Source of the DNA: an uncultured Chloroflexia bacterium
GTDB lineage: Bacteria; Chloroflexota; Limnocylindria; QHBO01
DNA: 64,000 bases
Reading direction: 5' to 3'
Assembly (NCBI GenBank): GCA_963716585.1
Contig: CAVQTN010000002.1
Span: 28,480 to 92,479 of the forward strand
Shown: positions 32,115 through 41,423 of the stretch, one piece after another
Layout: every line of letters starts with the position of its first letter
Position numbering within the stretch: position 1 is the stretch's first letter
The notes under the pieces: model-generated
What the model was told of the DNA's origin: nothing
What the model saw: the letters and a program-made list of their open reading frames with translations, nothing else
Databases searched by the model: none
Made by a program: the position numbers and the translations under genes

Positions 32115-32857
32115 TGGAGCTCATCGGCGCGGCGGTCGCGTGGTTGACCGACCCGAACAACTGGAGCGGCCCTGGCGGCATCCCGACCAGGCTGGTCGAG
32201 CATCTGCTGATCTCATTGGCGCCGCTGGCCGTCGCGCTGCTGGTGGCCCTGCCGGTGGGCCTCTACATCGGTCACACCGGGCGTGGCGCGCTCTTCGCCG
32301 TGTCCCTCGGAAACATCGGTCGGGCGCTGCCGTCGCTCGGCATCCTGGGCATCATCCTGCCGCTGACCCTGCCGCTCACTGCGCGCACCGGCATCCCGCT
32401 GGGGCTGCCGCCCACGCTCATCGCGCTGTTCGCCCTGGCCATTCCTCCGATCGTCACGAACGCGTACGTCGGCCTGCGCGAGATCGATCCCGACCTCGTC
32501 GAGGCGGGACGCGGCATGGGCATGCGCGAGTCCCAACTCCTGCGACAGGTCGAGCTGCCGCTGGGCATGCCGGTCATCCTGGCCGGCATCCGGACCTCGG
32601 CGGTGCAGGTCGTCGCGACCGCGACCCTCGGAGCGGTGCTGGGCATCGGCGGCTTCGGTCGCTACATCCTGGACGGCATCAGCCAAAGAGACGACGGACA
32701 GCTCATCGGCGGTGCCGTGCTGGTCGCCCTGCTCGCGATCCTCACTGAGCTGGCGTTCGCGGGGCTTCAGCGTGCGTCCGTCTCAGCTGGGCTCCGCGGC
32801 GCCCGACGGCAGGCGGCGTTGGAGCTCGGCGGCCAGGCGCTGCGGCCGCCGATCTGA
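32114..32857 (+). CDS. osmoprotectant ABC transporter permease (OpuCD-like)
   Basis: ATG at 32114 overlaps the preceding TGA (ATGA). A second BPD-type permease, 247 aa. Confidence 0.8.
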   Translation: MELIGAAVAWLTDPNNWSGPGGIPTRLVEHLLISLAPLAVALLVALPVGLYIGHTGRGALFAVSLGNIGRALPSLGILGIILPLTLPLTARTGIPLGLPPTLIALFALAIPPIVTNAYVGLREIDPDLVEAGRGMGMRESQLLRQVELPLGMPVILAGIRTSAVQVVATATLGAVLGIGGFGRYILDGISQRDDGQLIGGAVLVALLAILTELAFAGLQRASVSAGLRGARRQAALELGGQALRPPI

Positions 32858-32955
32858 ACCTGGAGGGCGTCATGGGCCCTACACAGATCGACTGATAGAC
32901 TCGGTCTTCACGTCGCGCCCGCGGCGTGGGAAGCATCGGACACAAGGAGGACCCA

Positions 32956-33904
32956 ATGCGGACCTACCGCAAGCTCGCCCTCGGGGCGTCGGTGCTGGCA
33001 CTGCTGGTCAGCGCCTGCACGACGGGTGGGGGCAGCAGCACCAGCGCATCGCCGAGCGGCAGCGTACCGGCTTCGACCGCGGTCAAGCCAAAGGTGGTGG
33101 TCGGCTCGGCCGACTTCTACGAGTCGGCCCTCGTCGCCGAGGTCTACGCGCAGGCCCTCGAGGGCAAGGGCTACACCGTCGAGCGCAAGCTGAACATCGG
33201 CGCCCGACAGGTCGACCAATGCGGCTCTCAAGTCCGGGGAGCTGAACCTGATGCCGGAGTACATCGGCAGCGAGGCGCGCGAGCTCAAGGCGACGGCCAC
33301 CGGCGACCCGGACGCGACGGCCGCGAACCTCAAGGCCGCCCTCGCGCCCCTTGGCCTGACGGTACTCGACATCGCGCCCGGACAGGACCAGAACGGCTTC
33401 GTCGTGCGCCAGGAGACGGCCGACCAGCACAGCCTGGCATCGCTGAGCGATCTCGCCAAGGTGGCCGACCAGCTGAAATGGGGGCTCCCGAAGGAGTGCT
33501 CGACCAATCCCTCCTGCGGTCAGGCGCTGAAGGATTCCTACGGGATCGACGTCAGCAAGCTGCAGGTCACCAAGCTCGACCCGTGCGGCTCGGCCATGGC
33601 GCAGGCGCTGACGTCGAGCAACATCGACGTCGCCGAGCTTTGCACCACACAGCCGGACATCGAAAGCTTCAACCTGGTCCTGCTCGACGACGACAAGCAG
33701 TCGCAGTCGGCCGACAACATGGCGCCGATCGTCCGCCAGGACCTGCTGGACGCGGCGCCCTCCGACTTCGCCGAGACGCTCAATGCGGTGTCCGCCAAGC
33801 TCACCACCGAGCAGCTCACCAAGATGAACGTCGCGGTGGCGGTCGATCACCAGGACCCCGCCAAGGTGGCCGAACAATTCCTGAAGGACAGCGGCCTGGC
33901 CTAG
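32956..33904 (+). pseudogene. osmoprotectant ABC transporter substrate-binding lipoprotein (OpuCC/OpuAC-like), interrupted by a +1 frameshift near 33216
   Basis: AAGGAGGA RBS. Lipoprotein signal LLVSAC. The N-terminal part KVVVGSADFYESALVAEVYAQALEGKGYTVERKLNIGARQVD is in frame 1. The rest ...ALKSGELNLMPEYIGSEAREL... runs to 33904 in frame 2. Removing one C from GTCGACCAATG restores a continuous ~315 aa protein. Confidence 0.8.
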
Positions 33905-33944
33905 GCCCCGTTCGTACAGCAGACCGTGCGGGGCGGCGGGCCGA

Positions 33945-34608
33945 ATGGCTCGCGGCCCCGTATCCTTGCGGCCTCGCATGTCCGACCACCTCGACCTCGC
34001 TGACTATCGCCGGCGCGTCTTCGCCCTGTACGAGCAGATGCGGCGCGACGGCCGCGCCGACCCGCTGCGCCTCGTGAACTTCCGCTCCGCCAAGGACCGG
34101 CTGCTCGCTGAGCACCCGCAGTCCCCCATCGCCGCCGATGAGCGCCGCGACTTCCGCGGCCTGGCCTACTGGCGCCACGACCCCGCACTGGCGCTGTCCG
34201 CTCGCCTCGAGCCCGATGCCGATGCGCCGCCGCTCGACCTGCCCCTTTCCGGCGAAGGTGCGGCCATCCCGTTCGCGCGCATCGGCTGGGTCAGCTTCGA
34301 GGTCGGCGGCGTCGCGTGCCGCCTGTCGGTCTACTGGCTGAACGACTACGCCGGCGGCATCTTCATCCCGTTCCGCGACGGCACCAGCGGCGCGCGAGAC
34401 GTACGGCGGCGGCCGCTACCTGTGGGACTCGTCCAAGGGCGCCGACCTCGGCGCCGACGGTGACCGGCTGACGCTCGACTTCAACTACGCCTACCACCCG
34501 TCGTGCACCTACGACCCGCGCTGGAGCTGCCCGCTGGCGCCGCAGGAGAACTGGCTGAGCGCCCCGGTCGCCGCCGGCGAGCGACTGCTCGGCGTCGGCG
34601 AATCATGA
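33945..34608 (+). pseudogene. DUF1684 family protein, interrupted by a +1 frameshift near 34390
   Basis: The N-terminal 150 aa are in one frame. The C-terminal ETYGGGRYLWDSS...DFNYAYHPSCTYDPRWSCPLAPQENWL (DUF1684 hallmark) is in the +1 frame. An extra C in AGCGGCGCGCGAG explains the shift. Confidence 0.7.
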
Positions 34609-35051
34609 GCAGCCGGACCGTCAGCCACTGCATCAAGTGCGGACGCGAGGTCGGGCCTGAGGAGACCATCTGCGCGGTCTGCAATCGGGCAGGCATGGCG
34701 ACGCCATCCGCCAGCCAGTACCACGGCACCATGGCGGTGGGCATCGTGGCGGGCGTGGTCCTGATGGCAGTCGCCGCGAGCTGGCTCCTCAGCGGCGTGG
34801 GACCGTACCGCGGCAGCGTGCTCGGCACGCAGGCGGCCCCGGGTGGGCTGCAGGCAACGGTGTCGGTGATGAACCAGGGCACCAAGCCCGGCCGCGCCAA
34901 GTGCCAGCTCATCGCCTACGACGCGCAGGGACGTTCGCTGCAGTCGCGTTCGGTCCTTTCGCCGCAGGTTCCGGGCGGCGAATCGGTGACGTTCGACGAG
35001 GGGATCCCCGCCGTCGAGCAGGCGGCCACCGTCACCGTCGACTGCCAGTAG
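34605..35051 (+). CDS. membrane protein with N-terminal zinc-ribbon (CxxC...CxxC) and extracytoplasmic domain
   Basis: 148 aa. ATG overlaps the preceding stop (ATGA). CIKCGREV...CAVCNRAG, then a TM helix MAVGIVAGVVLMAVAASWLL, then a beta-rich domain with two Cys. Confidence 0.6.
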   Translation: MSSRTVSHCIKCGREVGPEETICAVCNRAGMATPSASQYHGTMAVGIVAGVVLMAVAASWLLSGVGPYRGSVLGTQAAPGGLQATVSVMNQGTKPGRAKCQLIAYDAQGRSLQSRSVLSPQVPGGESVTFDEGIPAVEQAATVTVDCQ

Positions 35052-35058
35052 CGGGACG

Positions 35059-35596
35059 CTACTCCATGACCAGGCGGACCCCGATGACGCCGCGCGACCG
35101 CGGTTGGTCGCTGACCACGACCCAGGCCGCGTAGCTCAGGTCGACGACCCGCTGGTCGGCCGTGCCCCAGTAGCACTCGCACCAGTCGACCACCGGCAGG
35201 CGAGCGCAGCGGTCCGCGCAGACCGTGACGTGGCCGTTGACCACGCCGGTGTAGCGTCCGCCGAGCGCGCCGGGGAGCGCGACCACCGCCCGCCCGGAAA
35301 AGCCGGCCGTGCCGGCATAGTTGCTCGCACGTCCGCTGACCGTGGCCAGCGTCGAGTCGGAGACGGGTATCGCCGGCCCACGAGTCGGCCGCCGAAGTTG
35401 GCGCGCGCTGCCGCGCGTCGACGAGTCGCCGCGCGCGGACAGGACCTGCTGCTCGCGCAACCGCTCGCCCGCGCCGGCTGAGCAACTGACGCTGGATGGT
35501 TGGTGCCTCGAATGACGCCGACACGTTGGGTGATGCCGCGACCAGGACGGCCGCAGCGCCGAACAGGGCGACCAGCGCCCCGAGGAACAGTCTCAA
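35059..35596 (-). pseudogene. secreted protein, possible RlpA-like double-psi beta-barrel domain, frameshifted between signal peptide and mature domain
   Basis: The signal peptide [27 protein letters not shown] is in one frame (from 35596). The domain [71 protein letters not shown] is in another frame and ends at 35059. The shift lies near 35445-35460 in a GC run. Confidence 0.45.
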
Positions 35597-35764
35597 GTTG
35601 TCTCTCCAGTGGAGTCATCGGGCGGCGAAGAGGACGTCGGGCAACGACGTCGGAATGGGCACAGCCACCCGGGATCTGCCTTGGGTCAGGCGCAAGAAGG
35701 GTGCCAGCCGCACGCCAGGCGGTCAAATCGGGAGGTCGGCGGTGGGGGGCGCTATCCTGCCGCC

Positions 35765-37498
35765 ATGACGAGTCACGTGCCCCACCCGCGGCTTGCCGGA
35801 ATGCTCGCCATGGCGCTCATCGCGGCCCTGGCGACCACCGCGCTGGCCGCCGGCCCGCCCTTCCCGGCGCCGGTCAGCGGCCAGGCGGTATACGACCCGG
35901 CCGAGGCCATCGATCCTGCCACGGCAGCCGCGCTCGAGGGGCGCATCGACGCGATCGAGCAGCGCAGCGGGGCCGAGATCGTGGTCTACGCGCAGGTCAA
36001 GCCAGGCATCAGCGAGGAGGAGAACCTCGGCGACGCCAGGGCGCTCATGGACGAATGGGGCATCGGCCGCTCGGGCTTCGACGATGGGCTGGTGATCATG
36101 CTCGGCCTGGACGAGACGAGGCAGCACGGGCGGATCAGCCTGTTCGGCGGATCCGGTTTCCTGAGTGCCTACCTCGACGAAGGCGGGCTCAAGCGGATCA
36201 TCGACGAGCAGATTGTCCCCGCGGCCCGCAGCGGCGACATCGGCGGCGCGTTGGTCAATGCGCTGGACGCGATCGCCGGCCACGTGACAGCCGGCGGACG
36301 CGACCGGCTCAGCACACTGCGGCAAGTCAACGCGGTGTTGGGGCTGGCGGTGGCACCGTTGACCCTGCTGATCCTGGTCGGCATCGCCTTCCGTTCGTGG
36401 CGCCGTGAGGGCGACGATCCCGCGTACCTGGACAGCCCGGCGGTGCTGATGGCCGGGCCGCCGGCCGGCATGACACCGCCGCTGGCGACCGTGATGCGCC
36501 AGGGCAGGGCCACCCAGCACAGCATCGACACGACACTCGTCGAGCTTGCGAGCCGCGGCTACATCGCGTTCTTCAACCTTGATCACGTCAAGGAGGCGCG
36601 CAGCGACTCGGACCCCGACCCGGAGGTCGATCCCACGATCCTGGTGCCCCCTTCGCCGGGCGACGCACGTCCGCTCGCGGCGCCGCAGTCCCTGGCCGAT
36701 CAGACCATCCGCCGTCTGGCGGGCAGCGACGGGCGGCTCAGCCGCAGCTCACTGTGGTCGCTGAACGACAACCTGCGGCCGGTGAAGGCACGGCTCGACG
36801 CCGAGGCGATGCGGCTCGGCTGGTTCGCGCACCTCCCCGGCCCGGCCATCACGCGCTGGACGCTCATCGGCGTGGTCGAGGTGGTGGCCGGCATCGTCGT
36901 GGGGATCATCGGCTTCGTGGTGCCGATCAGCGGCGCGACGCTGCTGGGCGGCGCGATCGTCCTGGGCGGGTTGGTGACCATCGCCTTCGCTCAGGCCATG
37001 AGCAAGCGCACCCCGCAGGGTGCGATGGTCGATGCGATGCTGAAAGCGTACCGGCGCACGCTGCAGAAGACGCTCGAGCAGGCGCGCTCGATGACCGAGG
37101 TCGTCGCGGACGAGACGGTTCGGATCCTGGCCGATACTCCCGACAAGGCCGTGGTCTGGGGCTTTGCCCTCGGCCTGCACGGCGAGGTCTCGACCGTGCT
37201 CGAACGCAGCCTCGAGGACGCGCGTGCGGAACACAGCAACGGCCCGGCCTACTACCCGTACTGGATCAGCACGGCGTCTTCCTCGCCTGCCACCGCATTC
37301 GCCGGCCCCGCTGCCGGCGCCACGGTCTTCCCCGGCAGTGGCAGTGGCTTTTCGGGCTCGGCCATCCCCGACTTTGGCGGCATGTTCTCGGCGCTCGGCA
37401 GCATCGGCTCGTCGCCGCCCTCGAGCTCAAGCAGCTCGGGTGGCGGATTCGGCGGCGGCGGCAGCTCCGGTGGCGGAGGGGCGAGCGGCAGTTTCTAG
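35765..37498 (+). CDS. TPM-domain (TLP18.3/Psb32/MOLO-1) plus DUF2207 membrane protein with Gly/Ser-rich C-terminal tail
   Basis: The start is MTSHVPHP at 35765. Signal/TM, then a TPM-like domain (ALEGRIDAIEQRSGAEIVVYAQV...DDGLVIMLGLD). Central and C-terminal TM helices typical of DUF2207. The C-terminus is SSSSSGGGFGGGGSSGGGGASGSF. Confidence 0.7.
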   Translation: MTSHVPHPRLAGMLAMALIAALATTALAAGPPFPAPVSGQAVYDPAEAIDPATAAALEGRIDAIEQRSGAEIVVYAQVKPGISEEENLGDARALMDEWGIGRSGFDDGLVIMLGLDETRQHGRISLFGGSGFLSAYLDEGGLKRIIDEQIVPAARSGDIGGALVNALDAIAGHVTAGGRDRLSTLRQVNAVLGLAVAPLTLLILVGIAFRSWRREGDDPAYLDSPAVLMAGPPAGMTPPLATVMRQGRATQHSIDTTLVELASRGYIAFFNLDHVKEARSDSDPDPEVDPTILVPPSPGDARPLAAPQSLADQTIRRLAGSDGRLSRSSLWSLNDNLRPVKARLDAEAMRLGWFAHLPGPAITRWTLIGVVEVVAGIVVGIIGFVVPISGATLLGGAIVLGGLVTIAFAQAMSKRTPQGAMVDAMLKAYRRTLQKTLEQARSMTEVVADETVRILADTPDKAVVWGFALGLHGEVSTVLERSLEDARAEHSNGPAYYPYWISTASSSPATAFAGPAAGATVFPGSGSGFSGSAIPDFGGMFSALGSIGSSPPSSSSSSGGGFGGGGSSGGGGASGSF

Positions 37499-37582
37499 GG
37501 CCGCCGCGCCCACGTCATCGAGGCGCGAATCGGGGCGGCGGGCAGCTGGCGGTACTGGCGCCGGCCGGCGAAGGCGGGTATC

Positions 37583-38602
37583 GTGGAGCGCATGCAAGAT
37601 GACCGACGAGGTGGAGGAGGCCGGTCCGGCGGGCGGCCGGGTGGAGCACGGCGCGATTTCGGCCCGCGCCGCGACTTCGGTGATCGCGACACCCGCGGTG
37701 CGCGCCGCGAGTTTCCGCGCGAGCGGCCCTATCCATCTGGCGATCGGCCGCAGGGCGGCCAGCGGCCCTACCCCGGCGGTGAGCACCGCGACCGCGGTAC
37801 GCCGCGACCGATGCCATCGCGCCCCACACCGCGGAGCGCGATGGACGAGGGCGGCATGGCGATTCGCCTCGACCCGCGCCGGCTGTCGCTCCTCAAGCAG
37901 CTCTCCGGCGAGTCCGGACTGCGGCCCGGCGAGCTCGTCACGCAGTGGGTCGAGGAACGACTGGACGCGGAACGCACGGGCAGCCAGGCGCCGGCGACCG
38001 GCAGCGCGTCGGCCGGCGGCAGCGGCTCCGCTTCGCCGGCGCTCGCGGCCCTGACGAGGCGAGTCGACGACCTTGCTCGGCGCGTCGAGCAGCTCACTGC
38101 CACGTCGCTGGCTGCTCCGACCGGGACCGCAGCGGCTGACGATCGACCCGGCTCGGCCGGGAATGACAATGGCCGGCGACGGCGTACCGAGACAGCCACC
38201 GCGGGCACCCAAATCCGCGGGGCGACCACGGGGCGCGCAGCCGCGAGCAAGCGCGCAACGGCGACGGGAGCGCGACGAGCGACCCGAGCCAAGGCACCGG
38301 CACCCACGGAGACAGCAGCGGCGCCCACGGCGACCGCAGCGAAGGCGACCGCGCGCCCGAGCCGCCCGTCCGGCGCCGGCAAGCGCGTGCCTCTCCACGA
38401 CGAGATCGCCCGCATCGTTTCCGAGGCTGGGCCAATGACCGCGGCGCAGATCGCCCAGGCGATCGTCGATGGCGGCCGTTACACCGCGCCGCGTAGCGCT
38501 CGGCCACTCGACGCGGCCATCGTCAACAGCCGCGTCTCGAACCCGATCTACCGCTCGCGATTCCGCCGTCAGGACGGAAAGATCGGCCTCGCCGAAGGCT
38601 GA
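37583..38602 (+). CDS. hypothetical DNA-binding protein: RGG/RDFG-repeat N-terminus, RHH-like segment, coiled coil, basic Ala/Thr-rich linker, C-terminal HARE-HTH winged helix
   Basis: 339 aa. Repeats RDFGPRRDFGDR and RPQGGQRPYPGG. The segment MAIRLDPRRLSLLKQLSGESGLRPGELVTQWVEERL is predicted strand-helix-helix. The C-terminus HDEIARIVSEAGPMTAAQIAQAIVDGGRYTAPRSARPLDAAIVNSRVSNPIYRSRFRRQDGKIGLAE matches the HARE-HTH pattern. Confidence 0.6.
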   Translation: MERMQDDRRGGGGRSGGRPGGARRDFGPRRDFGDRDTRGARREFPRERPYPSGDRPQGGQRPYPGGEHRDRGTPRPMPSRPTPRSAMDEGGMAIRLDPRRLSLLKQLSGESGLRPGELVTQWVEERLDAERTGSQAPATGSASAGGSGSASPALAALTRRVDDLARRVEQLTATSLAAPTGTAAADDRPGSAGNDNGRRRRTETATAGTQIRGATTGRAAASKRATATGARRATRAKAPAPTETAAAPTATAAKATARPSRPSGAGKRVPLHDEIARIVSEAGPMTAAQIAQAIVDGGRYTAPRSARPLDAAIVNSRVSNPIYRSRFRRQDGKIGLAEG

Positions 38603-38609
38603 GCGTCGC

Positions 38610-38819
38610 TCAATCCTCGAGGACGAAGGTCACCAGGATGTTGACCTGGAACTCGATGCTGCCATCGCGGCCGACATTGACGCGCTCCTCCTTGACCCAC
38701 GCGCTGCGGACCTGACGCAGCGTCTTGTTCGCGCGCTCGATGCCCTGGCGGACCGCATCCGCGAAGCTCTCGGTCGAGGTGCAGGACAGCTCGGTGACTC
38801 TCGCAACGGACATGTGCAT
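38610..38819 (-). CDS. dodecin (flavin-binding) family protein
   Basis: 69 aa: MHMSVARVTELSCTSTESFADAVRQGIERANKTLRQVRSAWVKEERV...FQVNILVTFVLED, with AAGGAG RBS. The upstream part of the six-frame ORF is spurious. Confidence 0.8.
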   Translation of the reverse strand: MHMSVARVTELSCTSTESFADAVRQGIERANKTLRQVRSAWVKEERVNVGRDGSIEFQVNILVTFVLED

Positions 38820-38979
38820 GACTCCTTCTTGAGACTGGCTCGGGGAGATTGCCAAGTATCGTCCATTGACGAACGCGCGGTGACGTCGCACACTGTTCGG
38901 CACGAAGCGTCGGCGTACTCCTTTTCGGATTGCGATTGCGAGCGTTTCTGCATCGGTCCGAGGAGGCCCGAACAACACC

Positions 38980-39186
38980 ATGCCAACAGGCACCATCAAG
39001 CGCATCGTTGCGGACCGTGGATTCGGCTTCATTGCCGACGATCGTGGCAACGAGCACTTCTTCCACTTCTCCGGCTTGGCCGATGGGCTGCAGATCGAGC
39101 AGCTCCAGGTCGGTCAGCAGGTCAACTTCGAGACGGAGCGTTCCGACCGCGGTCCCCGCGCAACGAACGTCGCACCGGTCGAGTAG
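38980..39186 (+). CDS. cold-shock domain protein (CspA family)
   Basis: 68 aa: GTIKRIVADRGFGFIADDRGNEHFFHFSGL, with RNP1/RNP2-like motifs. It has an about 160 nt 5' region typical of csp genes. Confidence 0.85.
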   Translation: MPTGTIKRIVADRGFGFIADDRGNEHFFHFSGLADGLQIEQLQVGQQVNFETERSDRGPRATNVAPVE

Positions 39187-39219
39187 GACCAAAGCGGCCC
39201 GTCCGGGCCGCTGACCACG

Positions 39220-39256
39220 GAACGAGGCGCCCTTCGGGGCGCCTCGTTCGTTCTCC
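39220..39256 (+). terminator. putative intrinsic terminator after csp (13-bp stem, UUCG loop, U-containing tail)
   Basis: GAACGAGGCGCCC-UUCG-GGGCGCCUCGUUC followed by GUUCUCC. A second upstream hairpin is GCGGCCC-GUCC-GGGCCGC. It lies between convergent genes. Confidence 0.5.
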
Positions 39257-39299
39257 CGACTGCGTTCCCTCGTCCGTCCGTGCCGGAGTGCCGCGGGAC

Positions 39300-40319
39300 T
39301 CAGGCATGGCCGCCGCTCCACGCCAGGAGCTCGTCGGGGGCCAGGGTGTTGACCACCGATCCCGCCTCCACCCCACAGCGAGCCGCCCGCTCACAGCCGA
39401 AGGGCTGCCAGGCCAGCTGCCCGGGGGCGTGCGCGTCCGAGTCGATGGCGAAGCGGCAGCCTGCCTCGACGGCCAAGCGCAGCAGGCGCTTGGGCGGATC
39501 CGCTCGCTCCGGGCGCGAATTGACCTCGATCGCCTTGTCGAAGCGAGCCGCGGCGGCGAACACGATCTCCGCATCGAATGTCGACTCGGGGCGCGGCCGC
39601 CTGCGGACCTTGAGCCTCCCGGTGACGTGTCCCAGGACGTCGAGATGCGGGTTGGCGAGCGCGGCAACCAGCCGGCGGGTCATCGGCTCCGCCGGCATGC
39701 GCAGCTCGGAATGGGCGCTGCCCACGACGACGTCCAGGCGCGCAAGCAGCTCCTCGGACTGGTCGAGCGTGCCATCCGAGAGGATGTCGACCTCGATGCC
39801 GGTCAGAATGCGGAACGGCCCGAGCTCGGCGTTGAGCGCGGCGACCTCCTCCAGCTGTGCGTGCAGGCGTTCCGGCGAGAGCCCGTTGGCGACCGTCAGC
39901 CGCGGCGAGTGGTCGGTCAGGACCATGTACTCGTGTCCAAGGTCTCGCGCCGTCTCGGCCATCTCGCGGATCGGCGCGCCGCCGTCGCTCCAATCGGAAT
40001 GCACGTGGCAGTCGCCGCGAAGGGCGTTGCACAGCTCCTCACCGCCCTCGACCGCCGGTCGCCCGCCGGTCGCCTCCAGGCGACGCAGGTACACCGGTTC
40101 CTCCTGGCGCATCGACTCCAGGATCGTGCGCTCCAGGACCTCGCCGATTCCCGGCAGCTGCCGCAGCGAGCCACTCCGCGCATGGCCGGCCAGCTCTTCG
40201 GGGCCGAGCGCGGCGAGCGAATCCGCCGCGTTGCGAAAGGCGCCGACGCGATAACCCGGCTCGTGGGCCGCCTCGAGCAGGAACGCGATGCGACGCAGGT
40301 CGGCGACGACGTCGCGCAT
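39300..40319 (-). CDS. PHP-domain phosphoesterase with N-terminal PolX-type 8-kDa helix-hairpin-helix domain (PolX lacking the polymerase core)
   Basis: 339 aa. N-terminus LRRIAFLLEAAHEP...LRQLPGIGEVLERTI (HhH of the PolX lyase domain), then PHP motifs GDCHVHSDWSDG, LTDHS, GIEVDI, and C-terminal DSDAH. No palm/thumb segment. Confidence 0.7.
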   Translation of the reverse strand: MRDVVADLRRIAFLLEAAHEPGYRVGAFRNAADSLAALGPEELAGHARSGSLRQLPGIGEVLERTILESMRQEEPVYLRRLEATGGRPAVEGGEELCNALRGDCHVHSDWSDGGAPIREMAETARDLGHEYMVLTDHSPRLTVANGLSPERLHAQLEEVAALNAELGPFRILTGIEVDILSDGTLDQSEELLARLDVVVGSAHSELRMPAEPMTRRLVAALANPHLDVLGHVTGRLKVRRRPRPESTFDAEIVFAAAARFDKAIEVNSRPERADPPKRLLRLAVEAGCRFAIDSDAHAPGQLAWQPFGCERAARCGVEAGSVVNTLAPDELLAWSGGHA

Positions 40320-40323
40320 CGGA

Positions 40324-41262
40324 CTAGGGAAGCGTCAGGATGCGCCGCGGATTTTCGATGGTCATCTGCTGGATCTCGCCCTCCCCCACGGCGGCGGTGC
40401 GCAGCTTGGGCAGGAAGTGCTGCTGCAGGTAGACGTAGCCGAAGCCGCCGTAGGCCTTCAGCTGCGCGTTGTGGCAGACATCCTGGCTGAGCAGCAGCTG
40501 TTCGCCGAAGCCGCGCTCAAGCAGCTCGACGATCAGCTCGATCAGCCGCGGCTCGGCGGCTTCCTCGATCCCGAAGCGCTGGCCCAGGAAGTCGAACTGC
40601 AGGTTCGCGCCCCGGTCCAGGATCGCAAGGTAGTGGTCGAGGTTCGGGTACGAGTCGGCGTGTCCGATGACCACACGCGCCGGATCCACGGACTCTTCCT
40701 CGAAGATGGCCAGCTGGGCGAGGCCCACCGGCGACATCACGGCATGGGTGCTGATCGCCATGCCGGTCTGCCGCGCAGCGCGCGCCGCGGCGCGATGCAC
40801 GCGCTCCTCGCGAGCGCTGACCCACGGCTTGTCGGTGCCGATCTCGCCGATGATTCCCGGCCGCACCCCCGTGCCGGCGACCCCGTCGGCGAGCTCGCGG
40901 ATCATCTCGCCGGCAAGGTCGTCGACGCTGCGTCGATCGATGAGCGCCTCGACCGGGTAGTAGGCCTCGCGATACCAGCCGGTGCCCATCACGATCTGCA
41001 GCCGGGTGCTGCCCGCCAGGCGGCGCAGCCGCTCCGGGTCGCGGCCCACGCCCGGGGCGGTCAAATCCACCAGCGTCGCGCCGCCGCGGCGGCGGAAGTC
41101 GCGCAGCTCGTCCGCGACGAGCTCCTCGTCGGGCGTCAGCTCCCAGTAGTCCCATCGGTCTCGGACGTGCCACAGCGAGATCCCGGTGTGCTCGTGCGGC
41201 AGCGTGAAGCCAACGCTGTCGGGAGGAATCGGTCCGGCGACGGTCATGACGTGGGGTGCCAT
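40324..41262 (-). CDS. phosphotriesterase family (PTE/Php) metal-dependent hydrolase
   Basis: The start is MAPHVMTVAG at 41262. GFTLPHEH (the His-x-His motif of the amidohydrolase fold) and downstream His/Asp ligands. The six-frame ORF N-extension is spurious. Confidence 0.8.
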   Translation of the reverse strand: MAPHVMTVAGPIPPDSVGFTLPHEHTGISLWHVRDRWDYWELTPDEELVADELRDFRRRGGATLVDLTAPGVGRDPERLRRLAGSTRLQIVMGTGWYREAYYPVEALIDRRSVDDLAGEMIRELADGVAGTGVRPGIIGEIGTDKPWVSAREERVHRAAARAARQTGMAISTHAVMSPVGLAQLAIFEEESVDPARVVIGHADSYPNLDHYLAILDRGANLQFDFLGQRFGIEEAAEPRLIELIVELLERGFGEQLLLSQDVCHNAQLKAYGGFGYVYLQQHFLPKLRTAAVGEGEIQQMTIENPRRILTLP

Positions 41263-41423
41263 CTGGCTCACCTCGGCGATCGGTTCGCTCCGGCCAGCGC
41301 ACAGGGGCCGCCGCAGCGAGGATTTCGTGGATGGCGCCATGTTGCCATGCGCGGCGCGAAGGCATGGCGCCGACCCCCGGCAGCGGCTAGCCTTGCCGCA
41401 CCCCGAGCAGGAGCAACGGACGC

